Shown: positions 44,570-54,544 of the stretch, piece after piece
Layout of the letters: each line of letters starts with the position of its first letter
Position numbering within the stretch: the first letter of the stretch is position 1
Origin: an uncultured Clostridium sp.
GTDB taxonomy: Bacteria; Bacillota; Clostridia; TANB77; CAG-508
Direction: 5' to 3'
Length of the DNA stretch: 64,000 nt
Assembly (NCBI GenBank): GCA_900552135.1
Contig: URYN01000003.1
Coordinates: 24,594-88,593, forward strand
The notes under the pieces: model-generated
Told to the model about the DNA's origin: nothing
The model's database searches: none
Seen by the model: only the letters and a program-made list of their open reading frames with translations
Made by a program: the position numbers and the translations under genes

Positions 44570-45757
44570 ATGAATAAAAAAACTGTTAGAGATATTGATG
44601 TTAAAGGAAAGAAAGTACTTGTAAGATGTGACTTCAATGTACCACTAGATGAAAATTTTAATATTACAGACAATAGAAGAATAGTAGGAGCATTACCAAC
44701 AATAAAATACTTATTAGACAACGAATGCAAAGTAATACTATGCTCACATTTAGGAAGACCAAAGGGACAGGTAAAAAAAGAATTTTCGCTTGCACCAGTT
44801 GCAAAAGAATTATCAAGACTATTAGGAAAAGAAGTTAAACTTGCAGAGGACATAATTGGACCAAGTGCAAAAGAACTAACTTCAAATATGAAGGATGGAG
44901 AAATAGTTCTATTAGAGAATGTAAGATTTGATGCAAGAGAAGAAGCAAATGATCCTGAATTTGCAAAGGAACTAGCTTCAATGGCAGAAATATATGTAAA
45001 TGATGCATTTGGAACAGCTCATAGAGCTCACAGTTCAACAGCTGGAGTTGCAAGCTATTTACCAGCAGTTGCAGGATTTTTAATGGAAAAAGAAATCAAC
45101 TTCTTGGGAACAACTCTAGAAAATCCAGAAAGACCATTTATGGCAATTTTAGGAGGAAAGAAAGTATCTGATAAAATTGGTGTAATAGATAGTCTATTAG
45201 AAAAAGTTGATACATTAATAATTGGTGGAGGAATGGCTTATACATTCTTCAAAGCAATGGGATATAATGTTGGAAATTCAATTTGCGAATTAGATAAATT
45301 AGACCTTGCAACATCACTTATGGAAAAGGCAAAAGCTAAAGGTGTTAAATTAATGCTACCAATCGATACAAAGATTGGAAAGGAATTTAAAGAAGATACA
45401 GAAAGTAAAACAGTTTCTTATAAAGAAATTCCTGATGGCTGGGAAGGATTTGACATCGGAGCTGAAACAATAAAAATGTATGAGGAAGAACTTTCAAAAG
45501 CAAAAACAGTAATCTGGAATGGACCTGTTGGTTTATTTGAATTTGATCAATTTGCAATTGGAACAAATAGCATAGCAAAATTCTTGGGAAGCATGAAAAA
45601 TGTAACAACTATAATTGGTGGTGGAGACTCAGCGGCAGCTATAGAAAAACTTGGAATAGGAGATAAATTTACACATATATCTACAGGTGGAGGAGCATCT
45701 CTTGAATTCTTAGAGGGAAAGAAACTTCCAGGAGTAGAATGTTTATTAGATAAATAA
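44570..45757 (+). CDS. pgk: Phosphoglycerate kinase
   Basis: [17 protein letters not shown] and GGGDS. Confidence 0.97.
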   Translation: MNKKTVRDIDVKGKKVLVRCDFNVPLDENFNITDNRRIVGALPTIKYLLDNECKVILCSHLGRPKGQVKKEFSLAPVAKELSRLLGKEVKLAEDIIGPSAKELTSNMKDGEIVLLENVRFDAREEANDPEFAKELASMAEIYVNDAFGTAHRAHSSTAGVASYLPAVAGFLMEKEINFLGTTLENPERPFMAILGGKKVSDKIGVIDSLLEKVDTLIIGGGMAYTFFKAMGYNVGNSICELDKLDLATSLMEKAKAKGVKLMLPIDTKIGKEFKEDTESKTVSYKEIPDGWEGFDIGAETIKMYEEELSKAKTVIWNGPVGLFEFDQFAIGTNSIAKFLGSMKNVTTIIGGGDSAAAIEKLGIGDKFTHISTGGGASLEFLEGKKLPGVECLLDK

Positions 45758-45774
45758 AATAGTAGAATTGAATT

Positions 45775-45808
45775 TCGCCCAATAGGGACGCCCCTTTTTG
45801 GGCGAAAG
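45775..45808 (-). repeat. GC-rich palindromic repeat, copy A (inverted orientation)
   Basis: tcgcccaatagggacgcccctttttgggcgaaag is the reverse complement of the unit seen at 45906 and 56196. It has an internal 8-bp stem tcgcccaa / ttgggcga. Confidence 0.75.
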
Positions 45809-45905
45809 AATATAAAGATTAAAAAGACAGATAAAGAAATTAAGATAAAAATTTAAATAAAGAAAATTTTAACTTTAGATTTGAAAAAGAATGAAAAATT
45901 TTCAA

Positions 45906-45935
45906 CCAAAAAGGGGCGTCCCTATTGGGCGAAAG
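45906..45935 (+). repeat. GC-rich palindromic repeat, copy B (lacks the 5' arm)
   Basis: ccaaaaaggggcgtccctattgggcga is a 27-nt perfect match to the reverse complement of copy A. It abuts the tpiA RBS. Confidence 0.75.
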
Positions 45936-45944
45936 GAGTTTTAT

Positions 45945-46697
45945 ATGAGAAAAAAAGTTATTGCAGGAAATTGGAAAATGAACATGCTTCCTGGAGACAC
46001 AATAAATTTTATAGAACAATTTGCACCTCTTGTAAAAGGCACAGAGCATGAAGTTATTTTATGTGTTCCATATACAGACATATTTTATGCATGGCATACA
46101 CTTGAAGGAACAAATATTCATTTAGGTGCTCAAAACATGCACTGGGAAGAAAAAGGAGCATACACAGGAGAAATATCTGCACAAATGCTTAAATCTATGG
46201 GAGTTGAGTATGTAATAATTGGTCACTCTGAAAGAAGAGCATATTTTGCAGAAACAGATGAAACTGTAAATAAGAAAATTAAATCAGCATTTGCAAATGA
46301 TTTAAAGCCAATAGTTTGTGTTGGTGAAAGCTTAGAACAAAGAGAAGAAGGAAAAACAGTAGATATAATTACTTCTCAAGTTGAGAAAGCATTAGAAGGA
46401 CTTACTGATGAGCAAGTTAAAAATACAATAATTGCTTATGAACCAATATGGGCAATTGGAACAGGAAAAACAGCAACATCAGAAGACGCAAACAACAGCA
46501 TAAAAGCAATAAGAAATAAAATTTCAAATATCTATGGAAAAGATGTTGCAGAAAGTGTTATAATACAATATGGTGGAAGTGTAAAATCTTCAAATGCCAA
46601 AGAACTATTTGAAACATCTGACATAGATGGAGCATTAGTTGGTGGGGCAAGTCTAAAAGCAGACGAGTTCGCCAAAATAGTAAACTATGATAAATAA
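45945..46697 (+). CDS. tpiA: Triosephosphate isomerase
   Basis: ATG at 45945 follows aaggag. IAGNWKMN, GHSERR, AYEPIWAIGTG. Confidence 0.96.
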   Translation: MRKKVIAGNWKMNMLPGDTINFIEQFAPLVKGTEHEVILCVPYTDIFYAWHTLEGTNIHLGAQNMHWEEKGAYTGEISAQMLKSMGVEYVIIGHSERRAYFAETDETVNKKIKSAFANDLKPIVCVGESLEQREEGKTVDIITSQVEKALEGLTDEQVKNTIIAYEPIWAIGTGKTATSEDANNSIKAIRNKISNIYGKDVAESVIIQYGGSVKSSNAKELFETSDIDGALVGGASLKADEFAKIVNYDK

Positions 46698-46759
46698 CAG
46701 AAGAAGCAAAATAACAAGAATGTATGTACTAAAATGAAAATGGAAGGAAGTTATATAAA

Positions 46760-48295
46760 ATGAAAGACAAATTAACAATGCTAATGATAATAGACGGATT
46801 TGGAATAAATGAAAAAGAACAAGGAAACGCTGTAAAGCTTGCTAATACTCCAAATCTAGATAAACTTATGAAAACATGCCCTAATTCAAGAATATTTGCA
46901 AGTGGACTAAGTGTAGGACTTCCAGAAGGACAAATGGGAAATTCTGAAGTTGGACACACAAACATTGGAGCAGGAAGAATAGTTTATCAAGAATTAACAA
47001 AAATAACAAAATCAATAGAAGATGGAGACTTTTTCAGTATTCCAGAATTCAATAAGGCAATAGAAAATTGTAAAAAATACAACTCAAAATTACACATAAT
47101 TGGATTAGTATCTGACGGAGGAGTTCATAGTCATATTCGCCATTTATACGGATTACTAGAACTTGCAAAGAGAAAAGACTTTGAAAATGTATTTGTACAT
47201 TGCTTCATGGACGGAAGAGATACTCCACCAGCTTCAGGAGAAAGCTATATAACAAAACTAGAAGAAAAAATGAAAGAAAAAGGAATTGGAAAAATTGCTA
47301 CAATTTCTGGTAGATTCTATGCAATGGATAGAGACAAGAGATGGCAAAGAGAGCAAAAAGCTTATGATGCAATGGTCTATGGAAAAGGAAATAAAGCAAG
47401 TTCAGCAATACAAGCAGTTGAAGCATCATACCAAAAAGAAGTATTTGATGAGTTTATAGAACCAACAGTTATATGCAATGGAGATGCACCTGTTGCAAAA
47501 ATAGAACCACATGATTCTGTAATTTTCTTCAACTTTAGACCAGACAGAGCAAGACAAATAACAAGAACACTTGTTGATCCAGAATTCAATGAATTTGAAA
47601 CAAGAAAAGACTTAGATTTATGCTTTGTTTGCATGACTCCTTATGATGAAACTTTACCAAATGTTGAAATAGCATTCAAAAAAGAACATTTGAAAAATAC
47701 TTTCGGAGAATATATAAGCAATTTAGGATATACACAGTTACGTATTGCAGAAACAGAAAAATATGCACACGTTACCTTCTTCTTTAATGGAGGACAAGAA
47801 AAACAATATCCAGGAGAAGATAGAATATTAGTACCATCTCCAAAGGTTGAAACTTACGATATGCAACCTGAAATGAGTGCAAGAGAAGTAACTGAAAAAG
47901 TTGTAGATGCAATCAATTCTAAAAAATATGATGCAATAATATTAAATTATGCAAATACAGATATGGTTGGACATACAGGAAGTCTAGAAGCTGCAATAAA
48001 GGCAGTAGAAACAATAGACGAATGCGTAGGAAAAGTTGTAGAAGCTGTAAATGCACAAAATGGAAGATTAATAATAACAGCAGATCACGGAAATTGTGAG
48101 CAAATGATAGATTATAAAACAGGAGAGCCACATACAGCTCATACAACAAACCCTGTTCCAGTAATCTTAGTTGGAATGGAAAATGCAAAATTAAAAGAAG
48201 GAAAACTTGCAGACTTAGCACCAACAATGCTAGATATAATGAACCTTCCAAAGCCAGAAGAAATGACAGGAGAAAGCATTATAGTAGAAAAATAG
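46760..48295 (+). CDS. gpmI: 2,3-bisphosphoglycerate-independent phosphoglycerate mutase
   Basis: DGFG, MGNSEVGH.N.GAGR and DGGVHSH motifs. Confidence 0.96.
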   Translation: MKDKLTMLMIIDGFGINEKEQGNAVKLANTPNLDKLMKTCPNSRIFASGLSVGLPEGQMGNSEVGHTNIGAGRIVYQELTKITKSIEDGDFFSIPEFNKAIENCKKYNSKLHIIGLVSDGGVHSHIRHLYGLLELAKRKDFENVFVHCFMDGRDTPPASGESYITKLEEKMKEKGIGKIATISGRFYAMDRDKRWQREQKAYDAMVYGKGNKASSAIQAVEASYQKEVFDEFIEPTVICNGDAPVAKIEPHDSVIFFNFRPDRARQITRTLVDPEFNEFETRKDLDLCFVCMTPYDETLPNVEIAFKKEHLKNTFGEYISNLGYTQLRIAETEKYAHVTFFFNGGQEKQYPGEDRILVPSPKVETYDMQPEMSAREVTEKVVDAINSKKYDAIILNYANTDMVGHTGSLEAAIKAVETIDECVGKVVEAVNAQNGRLIITADHGNCEQMIDYKTGEPHTAHTTNPVPVILVGMENAKLKEGKLADLAPTMLDIMNLPKPEEMTGESIIVEK

Positions 48296-48359
48296 AACTA
48301 TAAAACGAATCAAAACAAGAGGAAAATAATATAATAGTAGAAAAAAGTAGGGAGAATGG

Positions 48360-49133
48360 ATGAAGTCGAAAGCAACAATAAAAGAACTTTATTCAAAAAT
48401 TAGACAGTGTCTATTTTATATGATACCTGAAAGCTGGGAAAGTATATATTTATATGCATCTGTTATACAAAGGGATAATGGTGAAGAAACAGGAGAAATG
48501 TTTTTTTACTATTTTCCTAAAAGTATAATAAAAAGAAATCCTATAAATGTATATCAAATACCAAATAAATTCAATCTTGATGAAAATGAATTTATAAAAC
48601 TAACAAATGAACTATATGAACTAATAAAAGAACTAAGAAGACAGTGTAAAATATATGAAAAAATAGATTGGTCTAATATAACGATTAGTATAGAAAATGT
48701 AGAATTCTTAGCTGAATATGATTGTGATGACTTAATTAATTCTATATATTCGAATAATGATAGAATGGTAATATGGCAATATAAATATTTAGATTATCCA
48801 ATGGAGAAATTTCCAAAAGAGATAAGAAACATAATAAAGCAATATTTAGCCGAAGAAGAACATGGATTACATGCAAAGAAAACATATGGTGAAACATTTT
48901 ATCAACCTCACGAACATAACAATATCAGTTATGATATAAATAGAAAAGAAGATGAATATATAAAAGTCGATGAAGAAACTAAGGATTTTACAATGGTAAA
49001 TGATGATATTTATGAAGTAAAGCCAAAAAGAAAATTCTTCAAGAAAAAGGATAACAATAAAATGTTAAACGAAAAAAATGAAAAATTTAAAGAAGATGAA
49101 ATAGTAGTTAGAAATCAAATTTTAAAATACTAA
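48360..49133 (+). CDS. YezG-like (DUF600-type) immunity protein with a C-terminal extension
   Basis: IPESWESIYLYASV....GEMFFYYFP and the later LYELIKELRR...W pattern match my recollection of Bacillus YezG-family antitoxins. Confidence 0.5.
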   Translation: MKSKATIKELYSKIRQCLFYMIPESWESIYLYASVIQRDNGEETGEMFFYYFPKSIIKRNPINVYQIPNKFNLDENEFIKLTNELYELIKELRRQCKIYEKIDWSNITISIENVEFLAEYDCDDLINSIYSNNDRMVIWQYKYLDYPMEKFPKEIRNIIKQYLAEEEHGLHAKKTYGETFYQPHEHNNISYDINRKEDEYIKVDEETKDFTMVNDDIYEVKPKRKFFKKKDNNKMLNEKNEKFKEDEIVVRNQILKY

Positions 49134-49181
49134 AACAGCTACATTATATGAAAAAATTTGAGAAAAAATAAGGAGAAAATT

Positions 49182-50894
49182 ATGGCTGGAAAAAGAACAA
49201 TGGAGAGTGGCAGAACAAAAAAAGGAAAAACCTTTTATTTTTATAAATTAATTGTTGTATTATTTTTTGTTCTTGCTGTAGCTTTTGTACTTTATATTGC
49301 ACCAAACTATATTAGGAATGATGTAGGAGAAAAAACGAATTTAGTAATAAATAATAGTAATGTTACAAAGAGTTTAAAAAATGATGTATTAATTGAAGAT
49401 GGAGTTGTGTATGTGTCTACAAAAGACATTGCGAATTTCTTCGATGGAAATATATTTTATGATAATAAATATGACCAGATTATTACATCATCAGACACAA
49501 AGCTTGCAAGCTTAAAAATAAACAATGATACTATCACTGTAAACGGAGCTTCAAAAGAAATAATGAAACCAGCAAAAAAAGTTGAACAAGAGTTCTATCT
49601 GCCATTTTCGGAAATAAGCAAAAGTGTATATAATGTGGAAACAAAATATATTGAAGACACAGACACAGTTGTATTAGTTTCTCTTGATAGAGAACTAACC
49701 TATGCAAACAGTAGAAAAAATAATAGCGTAAAATACAAACCAACTGGATTTTCAAAAACAATTGATAGAGTAAGTGCAGGAGATAATTTAACTATAGTTC
49801 AACAAGATGATAGTACAGATTCTTCTGGCTGGGTAAAGGTTACGACTGAAAATGGAAAAGTTGGATATGTAAAGGAAAACAGTATTGCTAACGAGAAAAA
49901 GGTAAGGGACAACCTTGAAATAGAGCCACAAGTACAAGGAAAAATAAGCATGTTTTGGGATTATTTTTCAGAATATGCACAAGCTCCTCAAAGAAGCGGA
50001 AAAGTAGAAGGAGTAAATGTTGTTTCACCAACATTCTTCACACTACAAAAGCTTGGCAAGGGAAACATTGTTGCAAATGTAGGAACAAGAGGAACTAACT
50101 ATATAAATTGGGCTCATAATAACGGATATAAAGTATGGGCATCATTCTCAAACAACTCACTAAAAGACACAACATCTGAAATCTTGAATGATTACGAATT
50201 AAGACAGAAGCTGATAGATAATATTATAACAGCAGTTGTTACATACAATATTGAAGGAATAAACATGGATTTTGAAAATATCTATGAAGCCGATAAATTA
50301 ATGTATTCAAGATTAATTATAGAACTTGCACCAAGACTAAGAGAATTGGGAAAAGTACTATCTGTAGATGTAACAGCTCCAGATGGATCACCAGACTGGT
50401 CATTATGTTATGATAGAAACACCATTGGCAAAGTTGCGGATTATATCGTGTATATGGGATATGACCAAAACGGTGTATCATCTCCAAAAGAAGGAACAAC
50501 AGCAGGCTGTGACTGGGTTGAAGCAAACATCAAGAAATTCTTAGGACAAGAAGAAGTTTCAGCAGACAAATTAATACTTGCGGTTCCATTCTACACAAGA
50601 ATTTGGACAGAAACAAATGGAGAAATAGACAGTAGAGTAGTTGAAATGAAAGAAGTATATTCTTTAATTCCATCAGATGCAAAAATAGAATGGGATGACG
50701 AATTAAAGCAAAACTATGCTGAATATCAAAAAAATGGCAAGACATATAAAGTATGGATTGAAGATGAAAAATCTTTAAAATACAAGCTAGAATTAGTTAA
50801 TACTTATAATTTAGCAGGAGCAGCATATTGGGAAAAAGATAGAGAACCAGACAGTATTTGGAGCACAATAGCACAGATATTAAATGTGAAATAA
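49182..50894 (+). CDS. Membrane-anchored glycoside hydrolase family 18-like protein with stalk and SH3b-like domains
   Basis: N-terminal TM segment, an SH3b-like GWVKVTTENGKVGYVKENSI and a GH18-like GINMDFENI motif (DxxDxDxE region). Confidence 0.65.
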   Translation: MAGKRTMESGRTKKGKTFYFYKLIVVLFFVLAVAFVLYIAPNYIRNDVGEKTNLVINNSNVTKSLKNDVLIEDGVVYVSTKDIANFFDGNIFYDNKYDQIITSSDTKLASLKINNDTITVNGASKEIMKPAKKVEQEFYLPFSEISKSVYNVETKYIEDTDTVVLVSLDRELTYANSRKNNSVKYKPTGFSKTIDRVSAGDNLTIVQQDDSTDSSGWVKVTTENGKVGYVKENSIANEKKVRDNLEIEPQVQGKISMFWDYFSEYAQAPQRSGKVEGVNVVSPTFFTLQKLGKGNIVANVGTRGTNYINWAHNNGYKVWASFSNNSLKDTTSEILNDYELRQKLIDNIITAVVTYNIEGINMDFENIYEADKLMYSRLIIELAPRLRELGKVLSVDVTAPDGSPDWSLCYDRNTIGKVADYIVYMGYDQNGVSSPKEGTTAGCDWVEANIKKFLGQEEVSADKLILAVPFYTRIWTETNGEIDSRVVEMKEVYSLIPSDAKIEWDDELKQNYAEYQKNGKTYKVWIEDEKSLKYKLELVNTYNLAGAAYWEKDREPDSIWSTIAQILNVK

Positions 50895-50919
50895 AGCAAT
50901 TATAAAAAAATATATGAAA

Positions 50920-50958
50920 AAGGCAGAATATCTAATGAAAGATAATCTGCCTTTTTTC
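50920..50958 (+). terminator. Intrinsic terminator
   Basis: aaggcaga / tctgcctt stem followed by a tttt run. Confidence 0.6.
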
Positions 50959-51131
50959 CCTTTTTATTTTAGTAAAAAAATTTTAAAAAAAATTTTTCAC
51001 ACCTATAATTGTTTTAATAAAATTCATTTATAATTGGAACATTTGAATAAAATGTAATAAATGAAAAAGAAAAAAATACAATTAAAAGAGAAAAATCTGC
51101 TCTAGAGCAATTATAGAATGGAAGATGAAAG

Positions 51132-52187
51132 ATGAAGAAAACCTTATATGTTGACATATGCTATGATAAAAAAGAATATAAAACAAGAAAAAAAGAAGAA
51201 AAATCAGATACAATTTTGCAATTTATAAATATTAGCAAATCAAGAAAGATAAAGATAAAACCAAAACTAAAACAGAAAGAAAAGGAAGATAATTCAGAAA
51301 GAGAAGAACATATAAACTTAAAAAAGAACATAAAAAAACTAAATAGAAAAATTGAAAAAAGAATTAGAAAAATAAAAAAATGTGCTCTAAGAGTAAATGT
51401 TAAAATAGTGCCTTCAAATGAAGTAATAAAAATAGTAAAGAAGTTAGAGGCAATAGAAAAAAATAAGAAAATAAAAGAAACAGAAAAAAATAAGAAAATA
51501 AAAGAAGTAGATAAAATAAAGGAAATAGAAAAAATAAAGAGAATAAGCGAGCAAAATCTTGAAGAGAAAAAATTAAAGATACATACTTTTGATATTAACA
51601 ATTTAGTAAATGAAATAGAACAAAGCAAAAATATATATTGTGAAAATTCGATAGAAATACTTAATAATATAATGAAAGACGGGAAAAAAGAAACAAAAGA
51701 ACAGAGTGTTTATATACTATTAGAACAAAGCTCTAATTTAAACAACATAAAAATAAAAGAGATGCTTAATCAATATAAAATAGTGTATATAATAACAGAC
51801 AATGTAAAACAATATAGAAAAATAGAACAATTTGCAGATGAGGAAGCAGAAATGCTTATTATATTAAATAACAGAAAAAAAAGCCTGTCAAAAGCAAAAT
51901 ATATAATCAATTATGACTTTAGACAAGAAAATATAGAAAAGTTTAATATAAACAGAACTGCAACTATTTTGAATGTTGCACAGAATAAAATAAAGATATA
52001 TCAAGGATTCCAAGGAATAGTTATAAACAATATAAGACTAAAAAGTGAAAAAGATGAAAAATTTCCTATAGAATACGAGATAGAAAAAAATAGAGAAAAA
52101 GTAAATAAAAAGATAAAAAATGAGGAATATTATTTAATTGGAGAAAATGGAGAAATTAATAAAGAGGAAATAATAAAACTGCAATAG
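51132..52187 (+). CDS. Lys/Glu/Ile-rich hypothetical protein with an internal tandem repeat
   Basis: 351 aa with a repeated EKNKKIKE unit. The C-terminal half is less biased. No recognisable domain. Confidence 0.4.
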   Translation: MKKTLYVDICYDKKEYKTRKKEEKSDTILQFINISKSRKIKIKPKLKQKEKEDNSEREEHINLKKNIKKLNRKIEKRIRKIKKCALRVNVKIVPSNEVIKIVKKLEAIEKNKKIKETEKNKKIKEVDKIKEIEKIKRISEQNLEEKKLKIHTFDINNLVNEIEQSKNIYCENSIEILNNIMKDGKKETKEQSVYILLEQSSNLNNIKIKEMLNQYKIVYIITDNVKQYRKIEQFADEEAEMLIILNNRKKSLSKAKYIINYDFRQENIEKFNINRTATILNVAQNKIKIYQGFQGIVINNIRLKSEKDEKFPIEYEIEKNREKVNKKIKNEEYYLIGENGEINKEEIIKLQ

Positions 52188-52402
52188 AATTAAGTTGGAA
52201 AAACTAAAACTTATATATTTAATAAAAATTCAACGAAACATATTAGAAAAAATAAAACAGTAAACAAAAAATATAACATTCTAAAAAAGTGTATTAACTA
52301 AAATATTACAACAATATTACAAATAAAAAAATCTATTGAAATCAAAAAAATGGTATGATATTATGAAATACAATAGAGAATAATTAAGAAAAGAGGAAAA
52401 CT

Positions 52403-53710
52403 ATGGATAAAAGAAAATTGAATAATGAAACCGGAATAACAATAATAGCTTTATCAATTACAATAATAGTAATGCTTATATTAGCGGGAATTTCTATAGC
52501 TACAGTAAGTCCGATGATAAAAAATTCTGAAGAAGCAAAACAAGAACAAGACATTGAAACAGAAAAATCAATTGTATCAAGGGCAGCATTTGCAGCTGAA
52601 AAAGTAGGGGTAAAAGGTAGGATTACTAAAGATAATTTACAAAAGATGATGCAAAATGAACTTCCATCTGGCAATTTTACTGTTATAGAAAATGGAGATG
52701 GTTTTACTATTACATTTACAGATTCAAACAGATCATATAATGTTGATGCAACAGGAGGAAATAGTTCAAGCTCTGAAACGATAATTGACGGAGTGACAAT
52801 ACCTGCAGGCTATTATTATGTGGGTGGAACAAAGGCAAAAGGATTAGTAATTTCTGATAATGTAGCAGATAACGAATTAGATAAAGGAAAAGAGGATGTT
52901 AGAGAAGAGTTAAGTGGAAACCAATGGGTATGGGTGCCTGTAGAAACACCAAGTAGTTTATATACAACAGTAGATGCAGGACAGGCTTTAGCAGGAAGTA
53001 CAGGAGTAAAGACTACAAAATATACAAATTCAGCTATAATAAAAGGAAGAGTTAAACCAGGAGATACAAGTAGCTATAGGGAACCAGATTTGGTAATTGG
53101 AAAAGATGGAACTAGTTATGATTATGCAAATTATGCAACAGCAGGATTTACTAGCTTAAAAAATATGGCTGATACTATGGCAAGTGATTATAATGAAATG
53201 ATAAGAAGTCTAGAGAAGTATAAGGGATTTTTTATAGGAAGATATGAGTTAACGGCCGATGGGGAAAAGACAGGAACCACTCAAACGGATAAAAATTGGT
53301 ATGAATTATATAAAAATTGTACTAAATGGGCGAAAGAAGGAACAAAAGTAAAAACAAGAATGATATGGGGCTTGCAGTGGGATGCAACATGTAATTGGTT
53401 AGCAAGCTCTAACTTTGATATAAATGATTCAAGTAAATGGGGAAACTATACAAATAATACTACTAATAATGGAAGAGGAACAAAACAGGAGACAGGATAT
53501 AGTGAAAGTTGGAAGGCAAATAATATATACGACTTTGCTGGAAATTGTCATGAGTTTACGCAAGAAGCAAGTGATTGGGCTAATAGAGTTGGCAGAGGTG
53601 GTTATTATTATACTTATGGATCTGGTGTACCAGCTTCTGGAAAGCAAAGTTCTTTATATTCAAATACACAAGGCTTTGGCACTCGCCCAACTTTATATAT
53701 AATTCCATAA
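52403..53710 (+). CDS. Pseudopilin-like N-terminus plus FGE/C-type-lectin-fold head (paralog without the GC-rich tail)
   Basis: ETGITIIALSITIIVMLILAGISI. IPAGYYYVGGTKAKGLVISD..GNQWVWVPVE. NNIYDFAGNCHEFT..RGG..GFGTRP. Confidence 0.75.
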   Translation: MDKRKLNNETGITIIALSITIIVMLILAGISIATVSPMIKNSEEAKQEQDIETEKSIVSRAAFAAEKVGVKGRITKDNLQKMMQNELPSGNFTVIENGDGFTITFTDSNRSYNVDATGGNSSSSETIIDGVTIPAGYYYVGGTKAKGLVISDNVADNELDKGKEDVREELSGNQWVWVPVETPSSLYTTVDAGQALAGSTGVKTTKYTNSAIIKGRVKPGDTSSYREPDLVIGKDGTSYDYANYATAGFTSLKNMADTMASDYNEMIRSLEKYKGFFIGRYELTADGEKTGTTQTDKNWYELYKNCTKWAKEGTKVKTRMIWGLQWDATCNWLASSNFDINDSSKWGNYTNNTTNNGRGTKQETGYSESWKANNIYDFAGNCHEFTQEASDWANRVGRGGYYYTYGSGVPASGKQSSLYSNTQGFGTRPTLYIIP

Positions 53711-53805
53711 TGAGCGTTTAATTTTAACTGTGTAAAATCGAGCATATAGGAGAGTATAATCTTAACCGAACACCTACAAACCTGTTGGAATATCTTTCCA
53801 ACCTC

Positions 53806-53834
53806 TTGACAAATCTTCAAAAAAGGTTTAATAT
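53806..53834 (+). promoter_or_regulatory. greA promoter
   Basis: TTGACA, a 17-nt spacer, then TAATAT. Confidence 0.5.
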
Positions 53835-53901
53835 ATTTAATTGTGAATTAATATTAGATAAATAGATCTATACTGCAAATGTGCAAAAGGAGGTTAGCAA
53901 T

Positions 53902-54378
53902 ATGGAAGAGAAGGGAATACTTGTATCACAAGAAGGTTATGAAAAATTAGAAAAAGAATTAGATTATCTTAAAACAACAAAAAGAGCAGAAATAGCAGAA
54001 AAAATAAAAGTTGCACTTGGATTTGGAGATTTATCAGAAAACTCTGAGTATGATGAAGCAAAAAATGCTCAAGCAGAGAATGAAGGCAAAATAGCTGAAT
54101 TAGAAAACAAAATAAGATATGCAAAGATAATCGATGAATCTGAAATAGATACAAAAACAGTACAAGTTGGAAATATAGTAAAAGTTTATGACGAAGAATT
54201 TGAAGAGGAAGTAACATATACAATAGTTGGTTCTACTGAAGTTGATTTGGCACAAAACAAAATTTCTAACGAGTCTCCTGTAGGAGCTGCTTTAATCGGA
54301 AAGAAAAAGAATGATGTTGTAGAAGTAAAAGTTCCTGCTGGAACAATGAAATACAAAGTCTTAGCAATAACGAAATAA
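53902..54378 (+). CDS. greA: Transcription elongation factor GreA
   Basis: [13 protein letters not shown]...R.EIAEKI..A...[12 protein letters not shown]. Confidence 0.95.
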   Translation: MEEKGILVSQEGYEKLEKELDYLKTTKRAEIAEKIKVALGFGDLSENSEYDEAKNAQAENEGKIAELENKIRYAKIIDESEIDTKTVQVGNIVKVYDEEFEEEVTYTIVGSTEVDLAQNKISNESPVGAALIGKKKNDVVEVKVPAGTMKYKVLAITK

Positions 54379-54382
54379 TAAA

Positions 54383-54424
54383 AAATCCTTTTTATGATTT
54401 TAATATCATAAGAAGGATTTTTTC
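54383..54424 (+). terminator. greA intrinsic terminator
   Basis: Long stem aaatcctttttatgat / atcataagaaggattt followed by a T-run. Confidence 0.65.
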
Positions 54425-54544
54425 ATTGCTACTTTATTACAGAAATTGCAGAGTATAGCAAAAAAATCACTCACAAATTATTTCGTGAGCGACCTTTAAT
54501 TTTATTATAAACTTGCAACAATAAGAAACAAATTATATAAAAGC

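Noticed and set aside
51445-51530. Tandem 24-30-nt repeats considered as a possible mini-CRISPR or VNTR
   Set aside because: The repeats are contiguous with no spacers, in frame within a coding region, and simply encode a Lys-rich peptide repeat.
53711-53805. Possible third, highly diverged copy of the cassette 3' element downstream of 52403..53710
   Set aside because: Only short matches (gagagta, gaac.cc) were found and no comparable long hairpin, apart from a 7-bp stem gttggaa/ttccaac. The similarity is too weak to claim.
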